NCBI RefSeq assembly: GCF_964355755.1
Contig: NC_092674.1
Span: 26,412,001-26,476,000 of the forward strand
DNA length: 64,000 nucleotides
Source of the DNA: Antedon mediterranea
Lineage: Eukaryota > Animalia > Echinodermata
Direction: 5' to 3'
Made by a program: the position numbers and the translations under genes. The number at the start of each line of letters is the position of its first letter. The first letter of the stretch is position 1. Shown one piece after another: positions 38,301 to 49,325 of the stretch. A model generated the notes under the pieces. The model was not told where the DNA came from, did not search any database, and saw nothing but the letters and a program-made list of their open reading frames with translations.

Positions 38301-41300
38301 AATACTCAAAATTAAAAAATCAGTTCTGCTTTATACTGTGTTTATTATTAATAAGTACTATATAATTAATACAGAAATAAAAATAAAGTTGTGTCCAATA
38401 AAAAATATTGCAGTACTATATAAACTGCTCTTATACTAGTATAAAAGAAAAAAGAGCACCATCATCATCATTCTCTAAATTGAGCTTTACACTATTTTTT
38501 TACTAATGTTTAGGTACTCAAAAACAGGTGGAAATCAATTTTAAATCACGTGGTAAATGTTCACAGATGGGAGGAAGATGGGATTGAGAATACCTGTGCA
38601 CACAGTGCCCTAACAGAAGAAGAAGCAGAAAGCAAGATATGGCTAGAATATGATTCGCCAGCCTATGATGCTTTGAAAAAAATTGTACTGGATAAAAGAT
38701 TAGATAATGATCTTGGTCAACTTGGAGAATTTAAGCATACTGGTGGGTGTGAAATGTTTTTTGTGTAGACAATAAGAATTAAACGTTAGTGTAAAACCCA
38801 TTTTACTTACTCACTGCTCAATTCTTCAATTCAGGTACCTTAGAGTCCTATCATGCCTCGTACACCAAGTTTGCCCCAAAACGAATTCACTTTCATTATG
38901 GTTCTATGCAAGGCAGGACTCAGCTAGCAGTTATAGATCATAATGCTAATGTTGGCAGGAAACAGGCACAAACAATTGCAGGTAATACTTATAATGCATG
39001 TAATAAAATAATACGACACTTTAAGTTAATATACAACATTTTATTATATTCTCTGTTCACCCATGTCTAAACTGTCTAGTCCAGCTACATAATAGGCCTA
39101 TTAAAAATGATTTGTTTTTCTGAATTTAATTGTAGGTGATCTTCGATACAAAATGGTTTGCCCAAAAAAATTTATGAAGCTAAAAAATATGATTACGTTG
39201 TTGATCTGGTTGAGAAGACGCTACAGAGACGAATGGACCCAGGTATAAGGTACAAATATACAGAATCTGCAGTGCCTCTTCCAGAATTACCAAAAAACAT
39301 CTCAAAGCAGGAACAACCTTCTAAAGATTTATTAATAAATGAATATTGTCAAAGAACCGAGCAAATTATGGATAATCAGTAGATGATTATGATGGTGATG
39401 ATTTAAATACTGTTGTTATACAAAGTTTATTTTTCAGTTTAATCGAACAAATTATGCATCATCAGTAGCAGGCCAAGAAAAACCTTTGTATGTTCCATCA
39501 GGTGAAGGAAACTTTTCTCTAATTTTCTTGACCAAACAAGCTGGCAATACCATTCTGTTCTTGTAGCCTAGTTTTTCACCTTGTAGAATCCATTGTAGTA
39601 CAACTCTGTAAGCTACAAGGCGGTATTGTCTGATAATTTAAAAAAATGAATGACTTTAGCTAAGTCTGTTAAAAATAAAAAGTGCCATGTTTTCTATATT
39701 TTGTTTTACTCACTGCTTGTTGATATCTAGTATTCTATATAGTAATTGGTTATTAGAGTGACTTTTGAAAACATGGTCATGCAAAACAGATTTAGTGGTC
39801 AAATGTATTTTTAAAAACAAAACATATTCTTGTGCTTATAGAGTAGTTCTCTTGAGTTTAACACAATGGAACTAGCGGCAAAATGAATGTATTATGTAGA
39901 AAGAATAAAAAAAATAAATAAAGGAAGAAAGATATCTTGAATAAAAAACCAAAAGCCTTACTCATTATTTAGTTGGCCATGTAGGCCCCTTGGTTTCGGA
40001 AATTGTTTCCAGTTGTGTCGATGACTTCGAAAAAATGTTGTCAAAACACTTGTATTTAAGTGTGCTTCAAGATCACAATGAGATGTAATGCACCGTAATA
40101 ATAAATCGTCATCTTTTTCCATTGGAGTTGTAGTAGGCCTCTCTCTCTCTAACAAAGACAATGTTTGTTGAACTTCATTGCAACATACACATTCGTCTTC
40201 CGTTGCCATTGGTGTACAAAAACCACATGTACACCAAAAACTGTCATTCAGTCTACTTACTAAAGCAGTTGGCAGGGGTGCAACTGCACTATTATTCTTC
40301 TCCTTTCTTCTGCGCTCTATCTCGGTTGGTGAGTATTGTGGTTCAAATAAATATGGTTTTGGAACAGAATAAAAAATATCGTCGTCACTTCCATACTCTT
40401 CTTCTTCTGTTTCATGCACTTCAGCCATGTTTTATCGTTATATGTGTCTATGATGAAATTAAATGAGAGTATTAAATTGGGCTATATTAAATACCGATTT
40501 GATATGCACTGCCTAGTAGGCCCTGGGTCTACCTAGTAGTATTCAATCCATCTGCCTAACCCTTCCTCTAGCTGGGCACAATATGATTATGAGTGAGGAT
40601 TTCGAGTAAAATATTATTAATATTATTATAATAAGTTCATGAATTTTTAGGCGTTCATAAACGGCGGCCATGCCCCACCCACCATGCCATGGCCAAAGGC
40701 CCAAAATAATCAGACCCACTCTAAGCTAGTAGTAGAGTACTACTAGGCCTAGGCTGGTACTAGGTAGGCATAGTACTATACTAGGCTCTTGCGCATATCA
40801 ATTAGTAGCCTATTTATTATAGGCCTAGCCTAGTAGAATAGGCTTACCCAGACTCCTACTAGGACTAGGCTAGGCATATATATAAAAGAAAACAGCGGCA
40901 GCAGAGCCAGAGCAGAGGGGACCTAGCTAGGCCTAGGCCTAGGGTTAGGCCTAGTTTTGTTTTCCAAAATTGAAATTACGAGACCCTGACACAAAAACAA
41001 ACATAATCTAATTTTTTTTTTAAACTTACGTGATAAGCCCACGATCAATGCTAAAAAACTTGTCTGGAAAAATTACAACTATCTCACACACAGAGTTTAC
41101 CACATCACCACACGTCACATACACACCACCACCACACAGCAGCAGCAGAGAAAAAGTTTTGAGTCCGATATGGTTGAATGATTCCAGAACGTCATACGTC
41201 ATGTTTCTACTAGCTACTCTTCGGGTCCCATAGACAAGTCTCGCAAAGCGCGAACATTTCTAGTAAACACACTTTTTAAATAAATCGTAAAAAATATAAA

Positions 41301-44300
41301 AGTTGAATTGTTTTATTGTTTGTTTTGTCTATCTGGATATTGAAGTGTTTCTTCAAAATACCAGGAAAACATTTTGGCAAATTTAAGTAATTTAAAAGGT
41401 TAAATAAGCAATTAAAGTGACGGTACCTATCTATTGTATGGTAACAACAGCGAAAACTCATTAAGTAGATTATGCGATGCACCTGTGACGTCACAGCAAT
41501 TTACGGCGACGGCTGTACGGCGAGCGCGTGCGGCGATATCCTCGATTTCGCGATGGTTCTGAAATCATATGTATACCCCTAATACGTTTTTAAAATATGG
41601 TCCTCGGTACAGTTGTCCTTTAATTCATTTGCGTGAGATTGCCAGCAACAGAAATAAGTGGCTTTTGTTATTTTGAATCATTATTTGTACGTTATTTTAT
41701 ATTTTTTGTTGTTGTAAGAAGCATGCATGTAAGAACGCAGTGCGTGGTTTTGTTACATTTTTTGGAAAATAAAGTTCCTATATATAGGCACGGTCGACCG
41801 TGTTTGTGTAAATTAGTATGTAACCGTAAAATAAGTCGATATGCCTACCTAATGTGTACATCTTTCGGCACGGCTTATTTACTGTACGTGTAAGTTATAC
41901 TATTTAAAAGTTCCGCTAGGCGACGACTTTCCAAGAGGACACAGAAAGTTTTACTCTATAAGAGTGTCACAGTGTGACGTCACAACGATAGAGGGCACTG
42001 CATGGTTGCTAGCGCCAGAGCCATGGCTCTGGCTAGCGCAACCAAAAATGCGTTCAATGCTACTCTATGTTGATAAACTGTATAGATCTGTATTTCTATC
42101 GAATTATGTATCTTTAGCTTGATTTTTTTAAACTTAAACTGTAGTTGAAGAATAAATAGATTAAAACAAATCTTTAGTGATCTTTTAAAATTTTAGTCTG
42201 GTTTTATTGAAAATTATTAAGTTTTAAAATGACTACTTCAATAGGCCTAAGCCGATTCCAAACCATTGGTGATCTGAGAATCACTCAGGCAGGTTGAACG
42301 CTATTCTATACATACCGATTGCTTTCGAATGCTAACACGTGTCATCATGGCAGGTGAAATAAAAAACGAACGTTCCAACATCTCATCTGGATTTTCGCGT
42401 GGGCTGTGCAATAAAATCTTTAAGAAAATATATACAACATGATGAAATGATGAGCATTATATAGTCTGGGTTCCAGACGGAGTGTTGTCTTAATTAGTAA
42501 AATGATAATATTTTTGCACATATGGCGTTTCATACGTATACTACTTGAGCTTTGATACTATTTTCAGACAAAAATGAATACAAAATTAAAGATACAATGA
42601 ATATAGACTTGGGGAATGTCTAGATGAGCATGAGAAAGAGAAAAAAGTGTTTTGGCAGAGCAAGAAGAAGTGTAAGAAAAGGAGAGAACATGCGAATGAG
42701 GAGGAGGAGGATAATGAAGAGGAGAATGAACAATAGGAGCAGGAAAGGAGGATGGAGAAGGTAGAGGAGATGTTATAAATACTACCAACTGTCAAGCTGA
42801 AGAGTTAGAATGTTTCTATTAGTTTCAGAATAGTATCCAAGCTCAAGTAGTATACGTATGAAACGCCATATGTGCCAAAATATTTATCGTTTTACTAATC
42901 AAAATACTCATTATTGTTATAATTACCCTAAATCCAGCAGAAAAATCTTTCACAGGTAAGTATTTTTCCTGCTCAACATTAAGCCGTAACCACAGTCCGT
43001 TCTGACTTCCACTCCCTCTTACTTGCAGAGGAGGACTACTTGAATTCAAGGCAGAGTTGAATGTATAACAGATACCGGCGTTTGTAACCACTTCCGTGAA
43101 ATTGTCATAATTGCATGGGTATTCCGAAAGCCACAAGCAGTCTATAATCATATCCTTGATATCGTGAGATGCACGACGAAGCTCGTCCAAATAGCTCGTC
43201 GATTCATTACCAACTTTTCTTTCACTTTTAGCGATTAGCGACGTTAAAGGATCGCCATCTAATGGCCACGTGTCTGAGTCCACATTGCCTTTCACCACAA
43301 CGTTGATGTTGCAAATAGTAACAGCGGGAAATTCAAGATCGGCTAGTTCATTGTGTGTTATGATTGTGGTTGTTTCCCCCTTACTGTAGCGTATGGTCAG
43401 ATCAATAGCAGAATACATCAGCACTGCCATGAAGACCATGACGAAAAGACCCCACAGCAATCTAAAAGAGAATGTATATATATATATATATATAAATCCA
43501 AACGCAAAATACTGAAAAAATGACAATGTTGTGGGTATCAGTGGCTGGATCTCAATGGAGATACAAAAAAAAGCAAAAAGCTAAATCAAAACGATGAAGT
43601 CAAACAGCCAGAAAAGTTAGCAGAGCCATTGGCTAAGACTATTCTGTAGTCATTATGGCAGTGACCAAATCCAGTATTCGATCCAGAGTATATTCAGCAT
43701 AACCAAACCACAGTTACAATTCTGCTATATCATTTATATTTATACTTCAATTCAATCGAGTTACCATTGTTTCAAAAACAGAAACGGAATCTATAATTTT
43801 ATATGCATCGTTGATAATCAATCAAAATATATATTTATTATAAATAAGTACAATGAATAAAAAATAACACACTTTATCAACAAACAAGTTCGTGATATTA
43901 AAAAATCAGAAAGCACGTTCTATATACGGATATGAATATTGTCATTAATCCAGGTAGTTATATTAGATAACTATTCTATTCAACAACTGAATACGACCTG
44001 GATAGGTCGTGAAACGTCGCTGTTATTATAATAAACAAGTCAACAAGTCCAGTTGAATAAATTTATCCTTCTAAACATACCTACCAATCAGTTTGCCGTT
44101 AGTATAGCAAATTATAGAAATCATACTTTTAGAAGGTTAAAGTACTACATCACAGTATTTAAGTCGTTGATATAGTAATAACATAACAATTATGCCTGAA
44201 TGGATTAAAACATTACTAGTCAATATTTCGTCAATTTCAATCAGTTACTTTTAATTACTAAATTAAATGAACAGCAGCAGCGCTTTAAACAAATCAAATT

Positions 44301-45582
44301 GTCTTAACACATCGTGAGTAAGATGTTGGTAACATCCTTTTCTCAAATTACTTATGTACATCAAGAGCCCGTTGAATATGTAAAACATAAATGGAAAGCG
44401 ACAAAGCAAATAATTCATTCATTTATTCAATATGTAAGCCACTGGCAATAATAGAAAATAATACATTATGTTTAAATGTAAGTAGTAACAGCAAAATAAT
44501 GAGTTCTCCTGTTATATGCGAAAAAGGCAAATCTTACCAGGTTATTATTTTATTTGTTGGTTGAATAAAATAAAAAAAAAAGACTGTCTTATTTCTTTGT
44601 GATAGTGATATTCATTTTCAACCTCATTGCAAAATTTACAGATTTGTTTTTCTCTTCCAATTCCTGTCCATTTTCCCTCTCTTTGTTTTCAAAATCTAAA
44701 ATGTCTAATCTTAACTTGATCATGATTTGTTTAAACTTTTTGAATATCAATAAGGAAATCTTCTAATTTCAAATCAGTTTTAATTTTGTCGGTAATTTCT
44801 TTCTGTAATATTTTAACCTTGGAGAAAGTTTGATTTCCTCGATAAGTTGTTGCATTTCAATAACCTGCAATTTTTGCTCTTATTTATAATTGTTGTATCC
44901 CGGATATTTTCAAATAAGCGTTATTGCAATTAACTAAAATAAATGTGTTGAAGACAAGATTTATATAATACATAAAATATTAAAATATTACAAAAATAAA
45001 ATTTACAACAAGAAACACAATACAAAAACACATTCAAGATTCAATTTTTTATTTTGCCAATTAAAATGGAAATTATATGAGTACATTTTCAAAATTTTAA
45101 AATGTATATTAATAAAAATTATTACTATATACAATATTTATATTATTTTAAGAATGTTAAAAAAAGTCAGCCTTTATAAATCAAGAATTAGAAAAAAAAA
45201 TCATAAACTATTTACAATTCAGAAAAATGTATTAATTATTTTTATAGGCCTATATGTATAATTGATTTCTATGCCTAATAATTCAACAATGGTATTAGCA
45301 AACATTTTGTCATATTATATTATTTTTCTACTGATCAAATAAACGATAAAATTACCTTCGGATTTTACTGTTATTTTCTGTTGTATACTTTACACCATGC
45401 ATCGTCGTCGATTCCAAGAATTCTGTCACCGAGTAGGGCTCCTCAGAATTATTTTTGTCTTCTGTATCGGTTTTAGTGGGGTAAGCAGCACCCCGATAAT
45501 CCTTCACTTTTACGTGTACCGGCGTTCCTAAATCACCCTCTTTTACCTCCATTGGCTGCACTTGCTGGTTTCCTCTAAACAT
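32302..45582 (-). CDS. DEG/ENaC (ASIC-like) subunit, cluster gene B, 8 coding exons, apparently intact; Kolobok element sits in intron 3
   Basis: Exons 45356-45582, 42927-43461, 42316-42417, 34789-34921, 34173-34232, 33393-33522, 32790-32881, 32302-32420. STTMHGVKY, FPAVTICNIN, GICYTFN, GLWLRLNVEQEKY, CRTNC...CGC, CICSPPC, SDLGGSFGLCIGASLLT. Confidence 0.9.
33033..33368. mobile_element. Non-autonomous TTAA-flanked MITE, Kolobok-type termini (AG..CT)
   Basis: TTAA|AGATTTATTGTCCCCC ... GGAGGACAATACTTCT|TTAA. Confidence 0.7.
34306..34467. mobile_element. Harbinger-like MITE family 2 copy
   Basis: AGCCTTGTCTACACTATCAAAC ... GTTTGATAGTGTAGAGAGAGCT; interior similar to 31281-31442. Confidence 0.7.
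35305..35781 (+). repeat. Left terminal inverted repeat of the Kolobok element (~477 bp)
   Basis: Reverse complement of 41144-41619 with only a handful of substitutions and a 2-bp indel; mirrored ORFs 35429-35647(+) and 41276-41494(-). Confidence 0.95.
35885..39382 (+). CDS. Kolobok transposase: N-terminal THAP zinc finger + DDD/E catalytic domain, 7 exons, frameshift in last exon
   Basis: Exons 35885-36247, 36729-36806, 36908-37724, 38013-38134, 38514-38742, 38835-38981, 39136-39382. THAP: MPACVVSNC..FHTFP..W..LRVCGKYF..LKPDAVPSIF. CQECG/CTEYH Zn motif. Catalytic motifs GDARSDSPGYSAKY, TTDRS, DCWH, HTGTLESYH. Frame changes in the A-run at 39164-39170. Confidence 0.88.
39452..40428 (-). CDS. 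KolX-type accessory protein, P2X7 intracellular (ballast) domain-like / Nanor-like, ~214 aa, 2 coding exons
   Basis: Exons 39962-40428 and 39452-39629. PYLFEP, WCTCGFCTPM..ECVCC, CITSH, then YRLVAYRVVLQW..LG..NRMVLPACLVKKIREKFPSPDGTYKGF, which matches the P2X7 tail pattern (WCQCG, LCC, AYR, LPSCC..IRKEFP..GQYSGF). Confidence 0.88.
41144..41619 (-). repeat. Right terminal inverted repeat of the Kolobok element (~476 bp)
   Basis: Reverse complement of 35305-35781. Confidence 0.95.
44405..44930 (-). mobile_element. Degenerate LINE 3' end (CR1/L2-group, Crack/Daphne-like)
   Basis: Minus-strand pieces KFKQIMIKLRL and GKWTGIGREKQICKFCNEVENEYH resemble the C-terminal Cys-His motif of these LINE ORF2s; AATAAATGAATGAA tail. 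Confidence 0.55.
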
Positions 45583-47126
45583 GTTGTAATTATTCAATAA
45601 TAGTTGTAAAAAATTGATCTGCCAATGGATGTAATTGCAAAAAGCAGCAGACAATGCTTGAATGACAATGACGATTACCAAACTAACAATTGACGGTTAG
45701 GCTACAAATACGTTGCTGTTTAAAATGAAATTATAGCCAATGCAATGCAATTGTTATCAAATTTACGAATAATAATAATAATAATAATCTTAAAGTTTCC
45801 AGCTTATTAAACTACTTCTATTAAACGCAGTTTTGCGACTGAATCGTTCGTGAAACGTATTGAAGATGTAAATTATAAAATCAATAATGCCGCATATCGA
45901 AGTATGAAGTCAACAGGTAACGTTTGATATATATACAAACAAACAATTAACGTGTTGCAGTTGTATGATGCGAATCTGTATTGGGTTGACAGTTAACCGT
46001 ATACGCCTGTTTCTTCAATGATTAACTCGGTACTGTACAAAAGCTTGGCTCCTATACTATGACGCAACACATGTACGTACTCACAAATAATTTGACCAAT
46101 CACAGGGGAGAGAGTCCGTCGTTTGTGATTGGACAGCCATTGTGTCATTTTATCTGTTGCTGCAGTGTGGCGAAGAATAAATATTGGTTTATACCATCAG
46201 AGACGCAACACAAGGACGTAAGCGCAAAGTAAGTGATTCGACAAATCACAAGCGATTGATTATTTGAACTGTCGCTGCTTCGCTTGCGTTGCGTCTCTCG
46301 TATGAACCTTGCGTTATGTACAATAGTAACTCTTAACATGCAGCTTCTGTACTTAGAAATACTCGTTTTAGGAAACTGTTGAAATACCGTACATCGAAGA
46401 ACTAAATATAATACCACTCTTCAATAACAATACGATTTCTATTAATGGTAATGGCATCTTGACAACATAGAAAGAAGCTGCTTCAAGAAACGTTAAATTC
46501 GTTAGTTCCCTTTTCTTATAAAAGTACAATTACATTATGATTGGAAAGCGAAACGATATTGATGGACTAGCCAAGCATTCAAATTGGCATTTAATCAGTG
46601 TAGATAATATTCAATATAAGTACACTGTGATTGATGAGAGGCAAATTAGACCAGTCTTGTCGTTAAGTAAACAATCAAACTAAATATCATTTATCGATTT
46701 TTGAAACACTCGGCAAAATTATTAATCTCGGGTTGCAATATCTTATAGAATATGCTTATTAATAGTGAGTCGAAACCAGCTCATGGAATTTAGAAATGGA
46801 AAAACAAATATTTATGTACTTTAAGATTTGGCTTTCTTTACTAGTCATTAACCGTGGTTCCCACTGGAGATTCAACGCAAGTTAGTGACCAATGACAAGC
46901 GAGAGGTAAAATAATCTATCACTTGTGATTGGTCAAATCACTTAAGTTGTGTTACGTCTTCTATTGCTCTAGTGTGATGAACCAAGCTTAAGAGCATGGG
47001 GTACCCTCCATAATAAATTCATTCGACCTTTGAACTGTAGAGTTATAGAGAGACATATTGGGAAATCACTTTGCTTTCCTCCGTGGTAAGCAGTCCGACA
47101 AAGTTTGGAGAACTTCGTATAATAAT

Positions 47127-47326
47127 TAAGCGTGGTTCCCACTAGAACGCAACGCAATGACGTATTGACGCAAAGTACTGTATTGCGTAATCACAAGTGG
47201 GAACCAACGACGCAACAGTGCTGCAAACATCGCAGGTTTGATTTCACGCAGGCGGGAGCAAACACAATGATTGGAAGGCATTTTCTTACGTTACGTAGGT
47301 TGCGTCGCTAGTGGGAACCAAGCTTT
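47127..47326. mobile_element. Harbinger-like MITE family 1 copy
   Basis: Near reverse complement of 28085-28303. Confidence 0.75.
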
Positions 47327-49011
47327 AACGAACTATTATGTGATTTCCTAACAAATGAAGTACATTCTGCTGGAGTTATACTGTAGTCTATTGTACACTT
47401 TACAATGAATTTGTCAACATAAGGAAACCACTTCCTGCACATCAATTGGCCTATATACGGTACACAAATCCAAGCTTACAATAGTTAACCTTGTATTTCC
47501 AAGACAACTCAAATATGAAAAAATTCCATTTATTTAAAAATAAAATATCTGTTCTCATTTACTTTTCTTCTATTTATGTCTGAGGTGAGAAATCTTAAAT
47601 ACAAAGAACATAATTAAGTGGGAACAGAGACAGAGAGGTCCAACTGCAAGAATTTATTTTCCCTCAGGTAAACGTGGACGGCGTCGCGCTTTCCATCAGT
47701 AATTTACTTTATATTACTACGTCTCCAACTTTTCTCCCTTTTGGTAAACATTTACGAAGTAACATAAAGACAAATTCGACAATCTCAATGATTGTCATTA
47801 AACTCATTCCACATAGCAATCCCATCAAGCCACCAATGTCACCTTCAAAATAAATAGTCAATGTTGAATTATTAATAACAAATATAATAATAGTTTAAGT
47901 AAAGACATGGAAGATAGGAACGCCTACTTGTTAAACTTTTACGTTTTACTGCACAGATTTGATAACTGAATGGATACCACGATGATAATTGTATAACTTG
48001 AGTGTGGGATGGCTTGGCGCTGGAAAGCTAAGTATTTGGTTAGATATTTGGCGCTACACTGACTTTCATAACACATCATCTGATCCTTGATGCGCTTGCG
48101 ATTTGTTATCTATATGGATTTTTGTTTTTGCTCATCAATAATTACTACTGTTAGGCATGGTTTAAATTAATTGATGGTCTTTATTGGCCGTCTCCTATCT
48201 TTGTTAAAAATATATACCCAAAGATAAAACTTACAGAGTAGCTTGATTGAAGAATACACTGGAACTTGTTCTGCAATTTCATAACTTATATCTTCGTAAT
48301 ACAGATACATGTCGAGGTAGTTCTTTCTAAAAATATAAATATATATAATTGTATTAACTTATTGTATAAGTGATGTAGGTCTTTTCAAAAAAAAAGCCGC
48401 ATCCGCTGTAGGTCAACATATTCTGATTCTTTTTCATAACACATAAACGAACTTCCACACACAACTTTACACATAATTATGAATTAATAAATATAATAAG
48501 GTTAGTAGATATTTTGATTTTATCATGCGGAATCCAACAATGGACACTTTTGTGTTCAGATCATCATGTATGCTAGACGCCACAAACAGATAGTAATATC
48601 TTACTTTATCGTCTCTGTGGACTGATGCAAATGGTGCTCGAGATGTTCCAGAAAGTGATCCCCCGGCCATAAGGCAGACGATACTTTAGTGGAGTATTCC
48701 TTATAGTGGCATGCAGTCCGACATTTGCAGTGCATCTTTGTTTGTAAAAGATTTTCTATTAAATACATTTAAACATTAGTTAATAAGGTTTAATACATTT
48801 TCTACATACATAAAAAACTAAAACTAGGCCTTTCGTCAAATTTTGATTTCACATACCTGCCTCTGGTACTACACATTCGACCGCCTCATCTACAGTACAG
48901 TTCCTCTGGTTCAAATACCCTAAAATAGTTATACAAAAAACTCTTTCAGCACTGTTAATGTTACATAAGAAAATACATTATACACCTAATTAATGGTTTA
49001 ATTAATCCTTA

Positions 49012-49325
49012 AAACTTATCTGGATAGGTCATTATACCTTACATGGATACGACGTCAAAGCTTACCTGGATACGTCGTTAAAGCTTACCTGGATACTTCA
49101 TTCAAGTTTACCTGGATACTTCGTTAAAACTTACCTGGATACTTCATTCAAGCTTACCTGAACGTGTCAATACAGCGTACCTAGATACTGTACGTCGTTA
49201 TATCTTACCTGGATACGTCAGTATACTGTAGCTTACTGTACGTACCTGGATACGTCATGAAGCTTACCTAGATACATCATTGTAGCTTACGTACCTGGAT
49301 ACGTCATGTTAGCGTACCTGGATAG
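49012..49325. repeat. Minisatellite (~21-25 bp unit) resembling the exon 4 / intron 4 junction of pseudogene C
   Basis: Repeated AGCTTACCTGGATACGTC; the last unit overlaps the true donor (CGTACCTGGATA at 49313-49324). Confidence 0.85.

Larger units (their letters stand above)
35305..41619 (+). mobile_element. Kolobok-superfamily DNA transposon, full length (~6.3 kb), long TIRs, TTAA TSD, two convergent genes
   Basis: TTAA (35301-35304) | GGACAACTGTACCGAGG ... CCTCGGTACAGTTGTCCT | TTAA (41620-41623). Inverted repeats ~35305-35781 and ~41144-41619. RR..YY termini, THAP-DDD/E transposase and a second Cys-rich gene are the established Kolobok hallmarks. Confidence 0.92.
35001..41680 (+). mobile_element. 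Degenerate RTE-like LINE 3' remnant split by the Kolobok insertion (pieces ~35001-35304 and ~41620-41680)
   Basis: KLKLYNVLVISILLYNCNSW, LRWSMLGHILRM, GRIGKHQTNLLSTLRNDL. Joining across a single TTAA gives in-frame LNNLNDLIHLREIASNRNKW. Confidence 0.7.

Noticed and set aside
35301-41623. piggyBac or P-element assignment because of TTAA and THAP
   Set aside because: The termini are GG/CT rather than CC/GG, the TSD is 4 bp rather than 8, and the catalytic motifs and second gene fit Kolobok.
42564-42795. Pro/Ser-rich ORFs
   Set aside because: Purine-rich low-complexity intron sequence.
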